The position numbers were made by a program, and so were the translations under genes. Of a stretch of 64,000 nucleotides of DNA, positions 47,789 through 57,742 are shown piece after piece. This stretch comes from Halobacteriales archaeon SW_5_70_135 (lineage in GTDB: Archaea; Halobacteriota; Halobacteria; Halobacteriales; SW-7-71-33): positions 48,475 through 112,474 of the forward strand of contig PXSK01000041.1 in NCBI GenBank assembly GCA_003022865.1. Reading direction: 5' to 3'. The notes beneath the pieces were generated by a model. That model saw only the letters and a program-made list of their open reading frames with translations, did no database searches and was not told where the DNA came from. Within the stretch, counting starts at the first letter, position 1; each line of letters starts with the position of its first letter.

Positions 47789-50574
47789 TCGTCCGCGGCG
47801 AGCGATTCGAGTTCGGCGAGCAGATTCAGCGCCTCGATCGGCGTCGTCGTCGCCAGGTCGACCGCCGCGAGGCGCTCTCTGACCGGGTCGCCCTCCGGCT
47901 CGTCGCCGGTCCCGTTTTCGGCCGGCGGCTCGGGGCCTGTACCGTTCGTCGCCGGTGAGCCGGTCGCGGCGTCGCCGTCGGGCCCGCGGGTCGTCCCGTC
48001 GACGCCGTCGGACCCGCGGGTCGTCTCGTCGACGTACTCGCGGGCGCGCTCGACGACGGGGTCGGGAACGCCGGCCATGCGGGCGATCTCGACGCCGTAG
48101 GAGGAGGAGGCAGCCCCCTCGCGCACGTCGTAGCGGAAGGCCACGTCGTCGCCGGTCCGCTCGGCGCCGAACTGCAGCGTCCGCACTCGCGGCAGGTCGG
48201 CCGCCAGTGCGGTGAGCTCGTGGTAGTGAGTGGCAAAGAGCGTGTAGGCGCCGACCTCGTCGTGAAGGAACTCCGTTACCGCGCGGGCGATAGAGCGACC
48301 GTCGACGGTGCTCGTCCCCCGTCCGACCTCGTCCAGCAGCACCAGCGAGTCCTCGGTGGCGGCGTGGAGGATCGTCGTCAGTTCTGTCATCTCCCGCATG
48401 AAGGTGGACTCGCCGCCGGCGATGTCGTCGCTGGCACCGACGCGGGTGTAGACGCCGTCGAGCACCGGCAGCCGGGCCTCCTCGGCGGGGACGAAGCTGC
48501 CGGCCTGGGCGAGCACCGCGACGAGTGCCGTCTGGCGCATGTACGTCGACTTGCCCGACATGTTCGGCCCGGTGATCAGCGCGACCGGCCGCTCCTCCAG
48601 GTGGAGCCCGTTCGGGACGAACTCCCGCGTGCGCTCGACGACGGGGTGGCGCCCGGCCTCGACGTGGACTCCGTCGGCGCCCATCGTCGGGCGCGTGTAG
48701 TCGTACTCGACCGCGGTGACGGCGAAGCCGACCAGGGCGTCCAGCGCCGCCAGCCGGTCGGCGACCGCTCGCAGGCGGTCGGCCTCGGCGGCCACGGCGG
48801 AACGCACCTCGCGGAACAGTTCGAGCTCGCGGGCGTCCGCCCGCTCGGCGGCGCCGAGGATCTTGTCCTCGCGGCGCTTCAGGTCGGGCGTGTAGAACCG
48901 CTCGGAGTTCTTCAGCGTCTGTCGCCGGGTGTAGTCGTCCGGGACGCGGTCGAGGTTGGGGTTTGTGACCTCGATGTAGTAGCCGTGGACGTCGTTGTAC
49001 CCGACCGACAGCGAGTCGATGCCGGTGCGCTCGCGCTCCCGCGCTTCGAGGTCGGCGACCCACTCGCGGCCCGTCCGTTCCGTGGCCCGGAGCTCGTCCA
49101 GCTCCTCGTCGAAGCCCTCGCGGATCACGCCGCCGTCGGTGATTTCGGCGGGCGGGTCGGGACGGACCGCCTCGCTCACCAGGTCGCGGACGTCGTCCAT
49201 CGGGTCCAGGTCGGCCCGGAGGCCGGCGAGCAGGCCGGCGTCTCCGTCCGCGCCGTCGGCGTCCGGAGGGTCGAGTCGGTCGAGGGCGTCGAGGACGTCG
49301 GGCACCACGTCGAGCGTGGTTCGCAGCGATCGCAGGTCGCGGGCGTCGGCGCGGGCACGGGTGGTGCGGGTGACGAGTCGCTCCAGGTCGTAAGCCGCGC
49401 CCAGCGCGTCGCGGAGGTCCTCGCGGACGAGCGGGGCGTCGACGAGCGCGGCGACGGCGTCGTGGCGGGCCTCGATCGCGTCGCGGTCGACCAGCGGCTG
49501 GCGGAGCCACGCCGTCAGCCGGCGCCGGCCGGGCGCGGAGGCGGTCGCGTCGACAGTGTCCCGGAGTGTCGGACCCTCGCCGGTCGAGCGCGTCTCGAAC
49601 AGTTCGAGCGAGCGCGTCGCGGTGGCGTCCAGCCGGAGGTAGTCGTCGGGGTCGTACCGGCGGAGTCGGGAGACGTGACCTAGGCGTCCGTCGGCGCCGC
49701 CCTGCGTGTACTCGGCGTACGCGAGCAGCGCGCCACAGGCCCGCAGTTCGGCGCGGTCGCCCGTCAGCGAGGGCGGGCCGACGTGTTCCTCCAGTGTCGT
49801 CGCCGCCCGGTCGAGTTCGAACGCCGCGGGGTCGTGAGCGCCGCGAGTCACCGTCGGGTCGGCCTCCACGTCGGGGACGGCGAGCCGGGGGTCGACGACG
49901 AGCTCCGCGGGGTCGAACCGCTCGGTCTCCTCGCACACCGTCTCCCACGAGCCGCCGGCGACGGTCACCTCGCCCGTCGAGACGTCGACGAAGGCGACGG
50001 CGTACTCGCCCGGCGGGAGGTCGGTGTCGGCGTCGAAACCGGCGTCGTCGAGGTCGGCCCCGGCGACGAGGTGTGCCGGGTCGAGGTCGGGACCGCCGGC
50101 GAGGCAGGCGACGTAGTTCGCGGCGCCGGGCGCGAGCAGTTCGTCGTCGGTGACGGTGCCCGGCGTGACGACGCGGGTGACCGCGCGCTCGACGACACCG
50201 CTGACCTCGTCGGGGTCCTCGACCTGGTCGGCGATCGCCACCCGGTAGCCGGCCGCCAGCAGCGAGTCGACGTAGCCGGCGGCGCTGTCGACCGGCACGC
50301 CGGCCATGCGGTAGGTGCCCGTGGAGTCCTCCCGCTGGGTGAGGGTGACCTCACAGACCCGGGAGACCGCCTCGGCGGCGTCACAGAACGCCTCGTAGAA
50401 GTCCCCCACCTGAAAGAGCACGAGGGCGTCGTCGTACGCCACACAGAGCTCGAAGTACTGCGACATCATCGGCGTGAGGTCCTCGCGGCTCTCGGCCATC
50501 TCCGGCGGCGGACCCGTCGCGCTCGCCCCGCCGTTGCCGTCGCCGTCGTCGGCGTCCGTGGCGTCGGCGTCCAT
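47785..50574 (-). CDS. mutS: DNA mismatch repair protein MutS (bacterial MutS1 type)
   Basis: ORF trimmed to the ATG at 50574 ([11 protein letters not shown]...). [11 protein letters not shown]...[13 protein letters not shown] mismatch-binding motif, Walker [16 protein letters not shown], and [11 protein letters not shown]. Confidence 0.93.
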   Translation of the reverse strand: MDADATDADDGDGNGGASATGPPPEMAESREDLTPMMSQYFELCVAYDDALVLFQVGDFYEAFCDAAEAVSRVCEVTLTQREDSTGTYRMAGVPVDSAAGYVDSLLAAGYRVAIADQVEDPDEVSGVVERAVTRVVTPGTVTDDELLAPGAANYVACLAGGPDLDPAHLVAGADLDDAGFDADTDLPPGEYAVAFVDVSTGEVTVAGGSWETVCEETERFDPAELVVDPRLAVPDVEADPTVTRGAHDPAAFELDRAATTLEEHVGPPSLTGDRAELRACGALLAYAEYTQGGADGRLGHVSRLRRYDPDDYLRLDATATRSLELFETRSTGEGPTLRDTVDATASAPGRRRLTAWLRQPLVDRDAIEARHDAVAALVDAPLVREDLRDALGAAYDLERLVTRTTRARADARDLRSLRTTLDVVPDVLDALDRLDPPDADGADGDAGLLAGLRADLDPMDDVRDLVSEAVRPDPPAEITDGGVIREGFDEELDELRATERTGREWVADLEARERERTGIDSLSVGYNDVHGYYIEVTNPNLDRVPDDYTRRQTLKNSERFYTPDLKRREDKILGAAERADARELELFREVRSAVAAEADRLRAVADRLAALDALVGFAVTAVEYDYTRPTMGADGVHVEAGRHPVVERTREFVPNGLHLEERPVALITGPNMSGKSTYMRQTALVAVLAQAGSFVPAEEARLPVLDGVYTRVGASDDIAGGESTFMREMTELTTILHAATEDSLVLLDEVGRGTSTVDGRSIARAVTEFLHDEVGAYTLFATHYHELTALAADLPRVRTLQFGAERTGDDVAFRYDVREGAASSSYGVEIARMAGVPDPVVERAREYVDETTRGSDGVDGTTRGPDGDAATGSPATNGTGPEPPAENGTGDEPEGDPVRERLAAVDLATTTPIEALNLLAELESLAADE

Positions 50575-50876
50575 ACCCGTATCACGCGGCACGCTCACAC
50601 TAAACGTTCGCGGAGTCGGGACGGAGGGTGAAACCGACGTTTCAGCCAACACGACGTTGATGAGGCCGTCGCCCGTCGTCGGCAGTGTCCCCGTCGGCCC
50701 TCCCGGCCGCCTCGACCCGAACGGCACTCCCGCCGGTCCGTCGGCCGCCGGGGACGGCCCTCCACGTCCTCCTGCGCCCGTCGTCGGCCGGGCGGAGCCA
50801 CCCGCCGCCGTTCTCGCGTCGCGCGGACTCGCTGCCCGGGACGGCGCGGCCGTCCCGGTCCTCCCGCGACGGCCGG

Positions 50877-50886
50877 ACTTTTTTTA
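50877..50886 (+). promoter_or_regulatory. Candidate TATA-like T/A run upstream of the CDF transporter gene
   Basis: ggacTTTTTTTAcgc lies about 25-33 nt upstream of the ATG at 50911, in otherwise GC-rich DNA. Coordinates are within 1-2 nt. Confidence 0.3.
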
Positions 50887-50910
50887 CGCGGGGCGTCGGA
50901 GCGGTCGGCG

Positions 50911-51903
50911 ATGGCAAGCAGCAGGTCGGTCGTGATCGCGGCGCTGGTCGCCAACGGGGCGATCGCGGTGCTGAAGTTCGTCGGCTTCACCCTGACCGGG
51001 AGTCCGTCGATGCTGTCGGAGACGTACCACTCGGTATCGGACACGGGCAACCAGGTGTTCCTGCTGGTGGGCATCTGGTTCAGCAACCGCGAGGCCAGTC
51101 GCCAGCACCCCTTCGGCTACGGGAAGGCGCAGTTCTTCTACGCCTTTCTCGTCTCGGTACTGCTGTTCGGCATCGCCGGCTGGGAGTCCGCGAAACACGG
51201 CTACCACGAGCTCACCCACCTCGGCGAGGGGCACGAGACGATGGCCGCGAGCGCACCGTTCGTCGGGGAGTTCCCCGCCGTCTGGGTCAACTACGGCGTG
51301 CTGGTCGGCGCGATCGTCTTCGAGTCCTACGCACTGTGGAAGGCGAACAAGGGACTCACGAAGGAGATCCGCGAGAACGACTGGAGCGGCTACCGAGAGG
51401 CGTTCCGCAAAACGGCGGACATCACCACGCTGACCGCCTTCACCGAGGACACGATCGCCCTGGCCGGCGCCGCGATCGCGCTGGTCGGTGTCTTCCTCAC
51501 TCAGGCGACGGGGATGCCCGTTTTCGACGCCGCCTCCTCGCTCGTGATCGGGCTGTTGCTGATGGTGTTCGCGGTCCTGCTCGCCTGGCAGAACAAGCGC
51601 CTGCTGCTCGGCGAGAGCCTCCCCGAGGAGGACGAGGACGAACTGCGCCGCAGGATACGGCGCCGCGACGACGTCGACGCGGTGAGCGACCTGCGCAGCG
51701 TCTACTTCGGCCCGGACAACGTCGTCGTCACCGCCGACGTCGAGTTTCCGGACGGAATGAGCACCGACGAGATCGACGCCGCGATCACCGACATGGAGGA
51801 GTCGATGCGCGAGGTACACGGCAACGTCGGCCGAGTGTACGTCGAGCCGGGACCGGTGGCCTCGTCCGACCGGACGGACGGCGGCCCGACCGCAGACGAC
51901 TGA
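50911..51903 (+). CDS. Cation diffusion facilitator (CDF) family metal efflux transporter
   Basis: 330 aa. AIAVLKFVGFTLTGSPSMLSETYHSVSDTGNQ (TM2 HxxxD-type site), six TM helices, and a C-terminal cytoplasmic domain. Confidence 0.88.
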   Translation: MASSRSVVIAALVANGAIAVLKFVGFTLTGSPSMLSETYHSVSDTGNQVFLLVGIWFSNREASRQHPFGYGKAQFFYAFLVSVLLFGIAGWESAKHGYHELTHLGEGHETMAASAPFVGEFPAVWVNYGVLVGAIVFESYALWKANKGLTKEIRENDWSGYREAFRKTADITTLTAFTEDTIALAGAAIALVGVFLTQATGMPVFDAASSLVIGLLLMVFAVLLAWQNKRLLLGESLPEEDEDELRRRIRRRDDVDAVSDLRSVYFGPDNVVVTADVEFPDGMSTDEIDAAITDMEESMREVHGNVGRVYVEPGPVASSDRTDGGPTADD

Positions 51904-51980
51904 CCGGCAGCGGGCATCCACGTCCACGTTCCTGTCCCCGTCCGCGCGGCCGACGCGGACGGCGCGCCGGCGCCGGCGAC

Positions 51981-51998
51981 CGGGCGGTTTTTGCCCGC
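51981..51998 (+). terminator. Candidate terminator hairpin with a T5 loop downstream of the CDF gene
   Basis: cgggc-ggttttt-gcccg. It also argues against the TTG at 51991 as the start of the next gene. Confidence 0.25.
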
Positions 51999-52017
51999 GG
52001 CGACGCGATCGAAACCC

Positions 52018-54279
52018 GTGTCAGGCGAGGGTCGAGACGCTCGCGCGGACGACGCCGCTGACGGCTACGAGCGCTTCTTCCCGTACGAGCGGCCGTACGA
52101 GAACCAGCGCGAGGCGATGGAGCGGGTCGCGGCGGCGCTGGCCGGCGGCCGCGACGTCCTCTTCGAGGGGGCGACCGGCACCGGCAAGACGCTGGCGGCG
52201 CTGGCGCCGGCGCTCGGCCACGCCGACCGGGCCGGTCGCACGGTCGTCATCACGACGAACGTCCACCAGCAGACCCGCCAGTTCGTCCGCGAGGCCCGCG
52301 CGATCACCCGCACGGAACCGGTCCGCGCGGTGGTCTTCCGCGGCAAGAGCTCGATGTGTCACATCGACGTCGGCTACGAGGAGTGTCGCACGCTCCGGGA
52401 GACCACCCGCGACCTGGTCGACGCCGAGACCGACCGCGCCGAACTCGGAGAGCGCGCCGCACAGCTGCGGGCCGGCGGACGCGAGGGCGGTGACGACGGA
52501 CGGACGACCGCGACCGCGGACGGCACGGACGGCGCCGACGCGGAGGCCTACGCCGCCGTCGCCGACGAGCTCGACGCCCTCGACGCGGAGATCGAGGAAC
52601 TGGAGGCGGCGAACACCTGCGAGCGCTACTACCGCAACCTCACCGACGACGGCGCGGTCGCCGGCTTCGAGCGGTGGCTCCACGAGGACGTCCGCACCCC
52701 GGACGACGTCTACGAGTACGCCGACGAGCGGGGGCTGTGTGGCTACGAGCTGCTGAAGGACGGCATGGACGAGGCCGACCTGGCCGTCTGTAACTACAAC
52801 CACCTGCTCGACCCGGTCATCCGCGAGCAGTTCTTCGACTGGCTCGGCCGCGACCCCGAGGACGTGGTCGTCGTCTTCGACGAGGCCCACAACGTCCCGA
52901 GCGCGGCACGGGACTACGCCAGCCGGCAGCTCACCGAGCGAACGCTCGACGGCGCCGTCGACGAACTGGCCGGCGTCGACGACCCGCGGGCCGACCGCGC
53001 CGAGAACGTCGTCCGGGCGTTCCGGGCGGCGCTGCGGAGGGTGTGTGCCGACGCCGACGTCTCGCCGGGCGACGAGTGGGCGGACGTGCCCGTCGCCAAC
53101 GAGGACGGCCGCGACGACCTCACGCTGCGGTTCCTGCGGGGGTACACCGGCCGCGGCATCGAGGGCGACCTGGAGGCGGCGCTCGACCTCGCCGAGGAGC
53201 TCCGCGAGCGGTACGAGCGCGCCTACCGGCAGGGGGAGACCGACGCCCGCCGGGAGTGTCCGACGGGGACGGTCGCGGAGTTCGTCGAGGGGTGGCTGAG
53301 CGCCGACGGTCGCCACCCCGTCGCGGCGGTGCGGGCGGGGTCGGACGGTCCGTACGGACGGGCGGAGCTGTACACCTGCATCCCGCGGCGGGTGACGGGA
53401 ACGCTGTTCGAGGACGTACACGCGACGGTGCTGATGAGCGCGACGATGCGGCCGTTCGACGTGGCCGCGGCGGTGCTCGGTCTGGAGGAGCCGGAGACGA
53501 TGGCCTTCGAGTCGCCGTTTCCGGCGGCGAACCGGCGGACGCTCGCGGTGGACACGCCGGCGCTGTTCGCCAGCCGGCGAGACGACCCGGAGGTACAGCG
53601 GACGGTGGCGGAGGCGCTGGAGGACGTCGTCGAGTTCACGCCGGGCAACACGCTCGCCTTCTTCCCGAGCTACGGGGAGGCCGAGCGGTACGCCTCGCGG
53701 ATCGACACGACCGCGACGGTGTACCGCGACCGGGCCGGCAGCCGTGCGGAGCGGCTACGCGAGCGGTTCACCGACGACGACGACGGCGTGCTCTGCACGT
53801 CACTGTGGGGGACGCTCACGGAGGGGGTGAGCTTCGACGGCGACGACGCCCGCACGGTCGTCGTCGTCGGGGTGCCGTACCCGCGGATCGACGACCGCAC
53901 CGAGGCGGTACAGGCCGCCTACGAGGAGCTCGCCGCCGAGTCGACCCTCGGCGACGACGGCGGTAACAGTAACGGTAACGGTGACGGTGACGGTGACGTC
54001 GGCTGGCGCTACGCGGTCGAGGTACCGACGGTGCGGAAGACCCGACAGGCGCTCGGGCGGGTCGTCCGCGGCCCCGAGGAGGTCGGCGCGCGGGTGCTCG
54101 TGGACCGCCGCTACACGGCCGCCGCTCGCGAGGAGCTGGGCGATTACTCGGTGCGGGAGACGTTCCCCGAGACCGAACGCGAGGAGACCGTCGACGTGCG
54201 GCCGGAGAAGCTCCGGTTCGCGCTGCTGAACTTCTTCTCGGGGCACGACTGCTACGAGGGGACGCCGCCGGCGCCCTGA
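52018..54279 (+). CDS. rad3: XPD/Rad3 (DinG-family) Fe-S SF2 helicase
   Basis: FPYERPYENQREAM, Walker A GATGTGKTLA, Fe-S Cys residues (SSMCH...EECR...CERYY...LCGYE), and DEAHN. The start may be GTG 52018 or TTG 51991. Confidence 0.85.
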   Translation: MSGEGRDARADDAADGYERFFPYERPYENQREAMERVAAALAGGRDVLFEGATGTGKTLAALAPALGHADRAGRTVVITTNVHQQTRQFVREARAITRTEPVRAVVFRGKSSMCHIDVGYEECRTLRETTRDLVDAETDRAELGERAAQLRAGGREGGDDGRTTATADGTDGADAEAYAAVADELDALDAEIEELEAANTCERYYRNLTDDGAVAGFERWLHEDVRTPDDVYEYADERGLCGYELLKDGMDEADLAVCNYNHLLDPVIREQFFDWLGRDPEDVVVVFDEAHNVPSAARDYASRQLTERTLDGAVDELAGVDDPRADRAENVVRAFRAALRRVCADADVSPGDEWADVPVANEDGRDDLTLRFLRGYTGRGIEGDLEAALDLAEELRERYERAYRQGETDARRECPTGTVAEFVEGWLSADGRHPVAAVRAGSDGPYGRAELYTCIPRRVTGTLFEDVHATVLMSATMRPFDVAAAVLGLEEPETMAFESPFPAANRRTLAVDTPALFASRRDDPEVQRTVAEALEDVVEFTPGNTLAFFPSYGEAERYASRIDTTATVYRDRAGSRAERLRERFTDDDDGVLCTSLWGTLTEGVSFDGDDARTVVVVGVPYPRIDDRTEAVQAAYEELAAESTLGDDGGNSNGNGDGDGDVGWRYAVEVPTVRKTRQALGRVVRGPEEVGARVLVDRRYTAAAREELGDYSVRETFPETEREETVDVRPEKLRFALLNFFSGHDCYEGTPPAP

Positions 54280-54299
54280 GGGCGAGGGGCGAGGGCGGG

Positions 54300-54815
54300 C
54301 TACACCGGCAGCGACAGCCGGGCGGCGACCTCGTCGTAGCCGGCGTCGTAGACGAGCAGCCGGTCGACGGTCCACTCGACGGCCGGCACCGAGCGGTCAC
54401 ACAGACGGTCCAGCGCCGCCGGGGGGAGGTCGGCGCCGCGGGCCAGGGTGACGTGTGGCGTGTAGTCGCTCCCCTCCAGTCCCTCGACGGCGCCGAGAGC
54501 GTCGACGAGCGTCTCGTGCATCGCCACCAGACCGGGGCTCTCGACGGCCAGGTAGAGCACCGGTCCGGGGCCGCTCGGCGGCCACTCGAAGACCCCGAGG
54601 CCGTCGACGCGAGCGCGGGCAGGCCCCGCACCGGCGAGGGCGGTGCGGGCCTGCTCGCGGAGACGGTGAGGGTGGGGGGAGCCGTCGGCCAGGCGCTTGA
54701 GCACGAAGGTGTGGTCGTCGCGGACACGGTCGAAGGGGGTGAGCGCCGGGGCGAGGTCGTCGGCGAGGGCGGCGACCGCCGAGGGCACCGGAACGTTGAG
54801 ACTCAGCGTCGTCAC
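54300..54815 (-). CDS. 2H phosphoesterase superfamily protein (LigT / 2'-5' RNA ligase-like)
   Basis: 171 aa, GTG start. Two H-x-T/S motifs: DDHTFVLKR and YTPHVTLAR. Confidence 0.72.
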   Translation of the reverse strand: MTTLSLNVPVPSAVAALADDLAPALTPFDRVRDDHTFVLKRLADGSPHPHRLREQARTALAGAGPARARVDGLGVFEWPPSGPGPVLYLAVESPGLVAMHETLVDALGAVEGLEGSDYTPHVTLARGADLPPAALDRLCDRSVPAVEWTVDRLLVYDAGYDEVAARLSLPV

Positions 54816-54880
54816 GGTCGGCCTCCCGCGGCGTCCGGACCGGGAGCGCGGGGGATCACGGCCGCCCCCGTGACCGGCGT

Positions 54881-56215
54881 GTGACGGTGGTCAGCGGCGA
54901 GGCCTGCGGGCCGGCGACGGCGACCGGCGGCACCGACGCTGTCGGGGCAGGGGCGGCGACGCCGTCGGGATCGACGGCGAAGGTCTCGGCGGACACGACC
55001 GTCGATCGGGGGGCCGTCAGCAAAAGCCCTCCGGCCCGAGGGGGGTGGGATGACAACCGATTTGCCTCTCCCGGTCGCAGGACCGAGCGATGGAGGTCGG
55101 CCGAGCGACGCGACGCCGGGGCCGACCCGGCGACACAGGTCGAGACGGACCGAGTGCGACTCGTCGCGACGGTGCGGGCGGACGGCGACGCCACCTGGCG
55201 GGTGCAGTACCGGACGACCCTCGACGACAGCAACACGACCGAGGCGTTCGAGTCGATCGCGGAGGACGTCGAGGCGAACCCCGAGGAGTACACCGACCGC
55301 TTCGCCGACCGCATTCGGACGACGGTACAGTCGGCCGAGAACGCGACCGGTCGGGAGATGGGCGCCCGGAACGTCAGCGTCGAGGCCCGGACGGACTCGC
55401 TCAACGGTCAGGGCGTGATCACCTACACCTACGAGTGGACGAACTTCGCGCGGACGGACGGGAACCGACTCGTCGTCGGCGACGCGGTCGCCGGCTTCTT
55501 CCTGAACGACCGCACCAGTCTCACCGTCCAGTGGCCCGAGAGCTACGGGCTCGTCAGGGTCGAACCGGAGCCCGCCGACCGGTCGGGTCGCTCGCTAACG
55601 TGGGAGGGCACCGACACCGAGTTCGGCCCGGACCAGCCGCGCGTGGTCGTCGAGGAGGGCGCGTCGACGACGAGCGGCAGCGGCAGTGGCAGTGACAGTG
55701 GTAGTGGCGGCGACAGCGGAAGCGACGGCGGTGACGGCACCGAACCCCCAGGAGCCGGCGACGGACTCCCGCTCGTGCTCGTCGGCGTCCTCGTCGCCGT
55801 CGTGGTCGTGGGTCTCGTGCTCGCTCGCGGCGGTGTGGTCAGTGGGGCGCCACCGGCGGACGGTGACCGGCCGGACGACGACGGCGACACGGCGGCGGCC
55901 GAGGGCGGCGGTGCCGGCGCAGCGACCGGCGAGAGGGACGCCGGCGGGGACGAGACGACGGCCGAGCAGCCGGTCGACGAGGAGCTGCTGAGCAACGAGG
56001 AGCGGGTGCTCGGGCTGCTCGAACGTCGCGGCGGTCGCATCAGGCAACAGGAGATCGCCGAGACGCTCGACTGGACGGAGGCGAAGACGAGTCAGGTGGT
56101 CAGCGGGATGCGCGAGGAGGGCACCATCGAGGGGTTCCGCCTCGGCCGCGAGAACGTCCTCGCGCTGCCGGACGAGGACCTGCCCCCCGCCGACGGAGGT
56201 GACGAGCGTGACTAA
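54881..56215 (+). CDS. Membrane-anchored winged-helix regulator T2 (paralogue of 10642..12129); N-terminus unresolved
   Basis: RADGDATWRVQY...RFADRIRT...YEWTNFARTDGNRLVVGD aligns with T1. The TM is LPLVLVGVLVAVVVVGLVLA. The wHTH is LLSNEERVLGLLERRGGRIRQQEIAETLDWTEAKTSQVVSGMREEGTIEGFRLGREN. Confidence 0.65.
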   Translation: MTVVSGEACGPATATGGTDAVGAGAATPSGSTAKVSADTTVDRGAVSKSPPARGGWDDNRFASPGRRTERWRSAERRDAGADPATQVETDRVRLVATVRADGDATWRVQYRTTLDDSNTTEAFESIAEDVEANPEEYTDRFADRIRTTVQSAENATGREMGARNVSVEARTDSLNGQGVITYTYEWTNFARTDGNRLVVGDAVAGFFLNDRTSLTVQWPESYGLVRVEPEPADRSGRSLTWEGTDTEFGPDQPRVVVEEGASTTSGSGSGSDSGSGGDSGSDGGDGTEPPGAGDGLPLVLVGVLVAVVVVGLVLARGGVVSGAPPADGDRPDDDGDTAAAEGGGAGAATGERDAGGDETTAEQPVDEELLSNEERVLGLLERRGGRIRQQEIAETLDWTEAKTSQVVSGMREEGTIEGFRLGRENVLALPDEDLPPADGGDERD

Positions 56216-56359
56216 CCGCCCGCTCACGGGCGCGAGGGGGGAAGCGACGGGCCGCAGGACCGGACGGCGCCGGTCGGCGGTTAATCCGGCTAAACTGAGG
56301 CTGATCGGCGTGGACGATCTGGGTTCTACAAGACGGTGTACGACAGAAGGGTGGACGAG

Positions 56360-57678
56360 ATGAGAGCGCCGGCCGCGGTCGCCGCCGTCGTCGCCGCCGT
56401 CGTGCTCGGGGGGGTCGTGCTTCCGGCGGCGGCAGTGGGTTCGTTCGGAGCCGTCGGCGACAGTGTCGGCCTCGACCTGGCCGGCGACACGGAGCCGGCC
56501 GGCGCGACGGCGACGGACGTCGACCGGTCGGACGACAGCAACGTGAGTCCCGGACAGCGGCTGGCCGGCGTGATCGGCGTGCAGGGCGAGGAGATCGGCT
56601 CGGAGGTGTCGGAGCGTCGCTTCGCCGTCCGCTTCGAGACGGCGACGAGCGACGAGAGCAGGGCGGCGATCGTCGCCGAGGAGGTCGAGACGCTGCGTGA
56701 CCGGCTCGACCGGCTGCGAGCACAGCGTAACAGCCTCCGAGCGGCAGTGCGGAACGGCTCGATCACCCCCGGCGAGTTCCGCGCCCGGACGGCGGTGCTC
56801 GCGGCCAACATATCGAGCACCCAGCGGATGCTGAACAACAGCGCACTCGCGGCGGCGTCGCTGCCCGAGGAGAGGCTCGCGGAGAACGGCGTCGACGTGA
56901 GCCGGATCGAGAGACTGCGCCGGAACGCGAGCGAGCTCGGCGGACCGGAGGTCGCCGAGATCGCCCGGGACATCGCCGGGCCCGAGGCGGGGAGGGAGGC
57001 CGGTCCGCCGGAGGACCGCGGGCCGCCCGAGGGAATCCCTGGTAACGTCTCCGACGTCGGCCCGCCCGGGAACGCCGGGCCACCCGACGGCAACGAGAGT
57101 GAGGCCGGACCGCCAGAGGATGCCGGACCACTCAACAGCAACGAGAGCGACGCCGGACCACCCGAGAACGCCGGACCACCCAGCAGCAACGAAAGCGAAG
57201 TCGGCCCACCCGAAGACGTCGGACCGCCAGACGGCAATGAAAGTGAGGTCGGTCCACCCGAGAACGCCGGACCGCCCGACAACACGAAAGCAGAGTCGGC
57301 TCACCGGAGAGCGCTGGACCACCCGGCGGCAACGAGAGCGAGACCGGTCCGCCCGAGGATACCGGACCGCCAGAGGACGCTGGACCATCCGACGACAACG
57401 AGAGTGACGCCGGTCCGCCAGAGGATACTGGACCGTCCGACAACGACGAGAGTGACGCCGGTCCACCCGAGGACACCGGACCACCCGACGGCGACGAGAG
57501 CGACTCCGGTACGCCAGAGGATACCGGACCGCCAGAGGGCGCTGGACCATCCGACGACAACGAGAGCGGCTCCGGCCCGTCCGAGGACGCCGGGGACGGC
57601 GGCGAGTCCGGAGCGCCGGACGACACCGGAGCGGGTGACGAGGGCGGCGGCGACGGCGACGGCGACGGCGGCAGATAG
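56360..57678 (+). CDS. Secreted repeat (glyco)protein P2: signal peptide, helical domain like P1, then about ten GPPExxGPPxxNES repeats. It needs a frame change at about 57284-57286.
   Basis: MRAPAAVAAVVAAVVLGGVVLPAAAVG signal. The helical part is ATSDESRAAIVAEEVETLRDRLDRLRAQ. The repeat array continues in another frame (...NESRVGSPESAGPPGGNESETGPPEDTGPPEDAGPSDDNESD...GDGDGDGGR*) to the TAG at 57676-78. The listed ORF 56336..58024 is a frame-shifted fusion. Confidence 0.6.
57000..57600 (+). repeat. Tandem coding repeats of about 48 nt (about 16 codons)
   Basis: Units GPPEDAGPLNSNESDA / GPPENAGPPSSNESEV / GPPEDVGPPDGNESEV and similar. Most carry an N-E-S sequon. Confidence 0.8.
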
Positions 57679-57742
57679 GGTCGTGTCGCGACGGGCGACG
57701 GAGTGCGAACGGTTGATAGGTCCGGCCGTCGAACGTCCGGCG

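Noticed and set aside
47789-49948. N-terminal 720 codons of the 1295-aa ORF 46061..49948, as a giant MutL fusion.
   Set aside because: That part is an out-of-frame read through mutS and is R/P/G-rich nonsense. MutL homology starts at the ATG at 47788, which overlaps the mutS stop.
57000-57600. The GPP-rich repeats as a collagen-like triple-helix domain.
   Set aside because: Glycine does not occur with strict Gly-X-Y periodicity. The units are about 16 residues and dominated by P/E/D/N/S, which is more consistent with an extended glycosylated linker.
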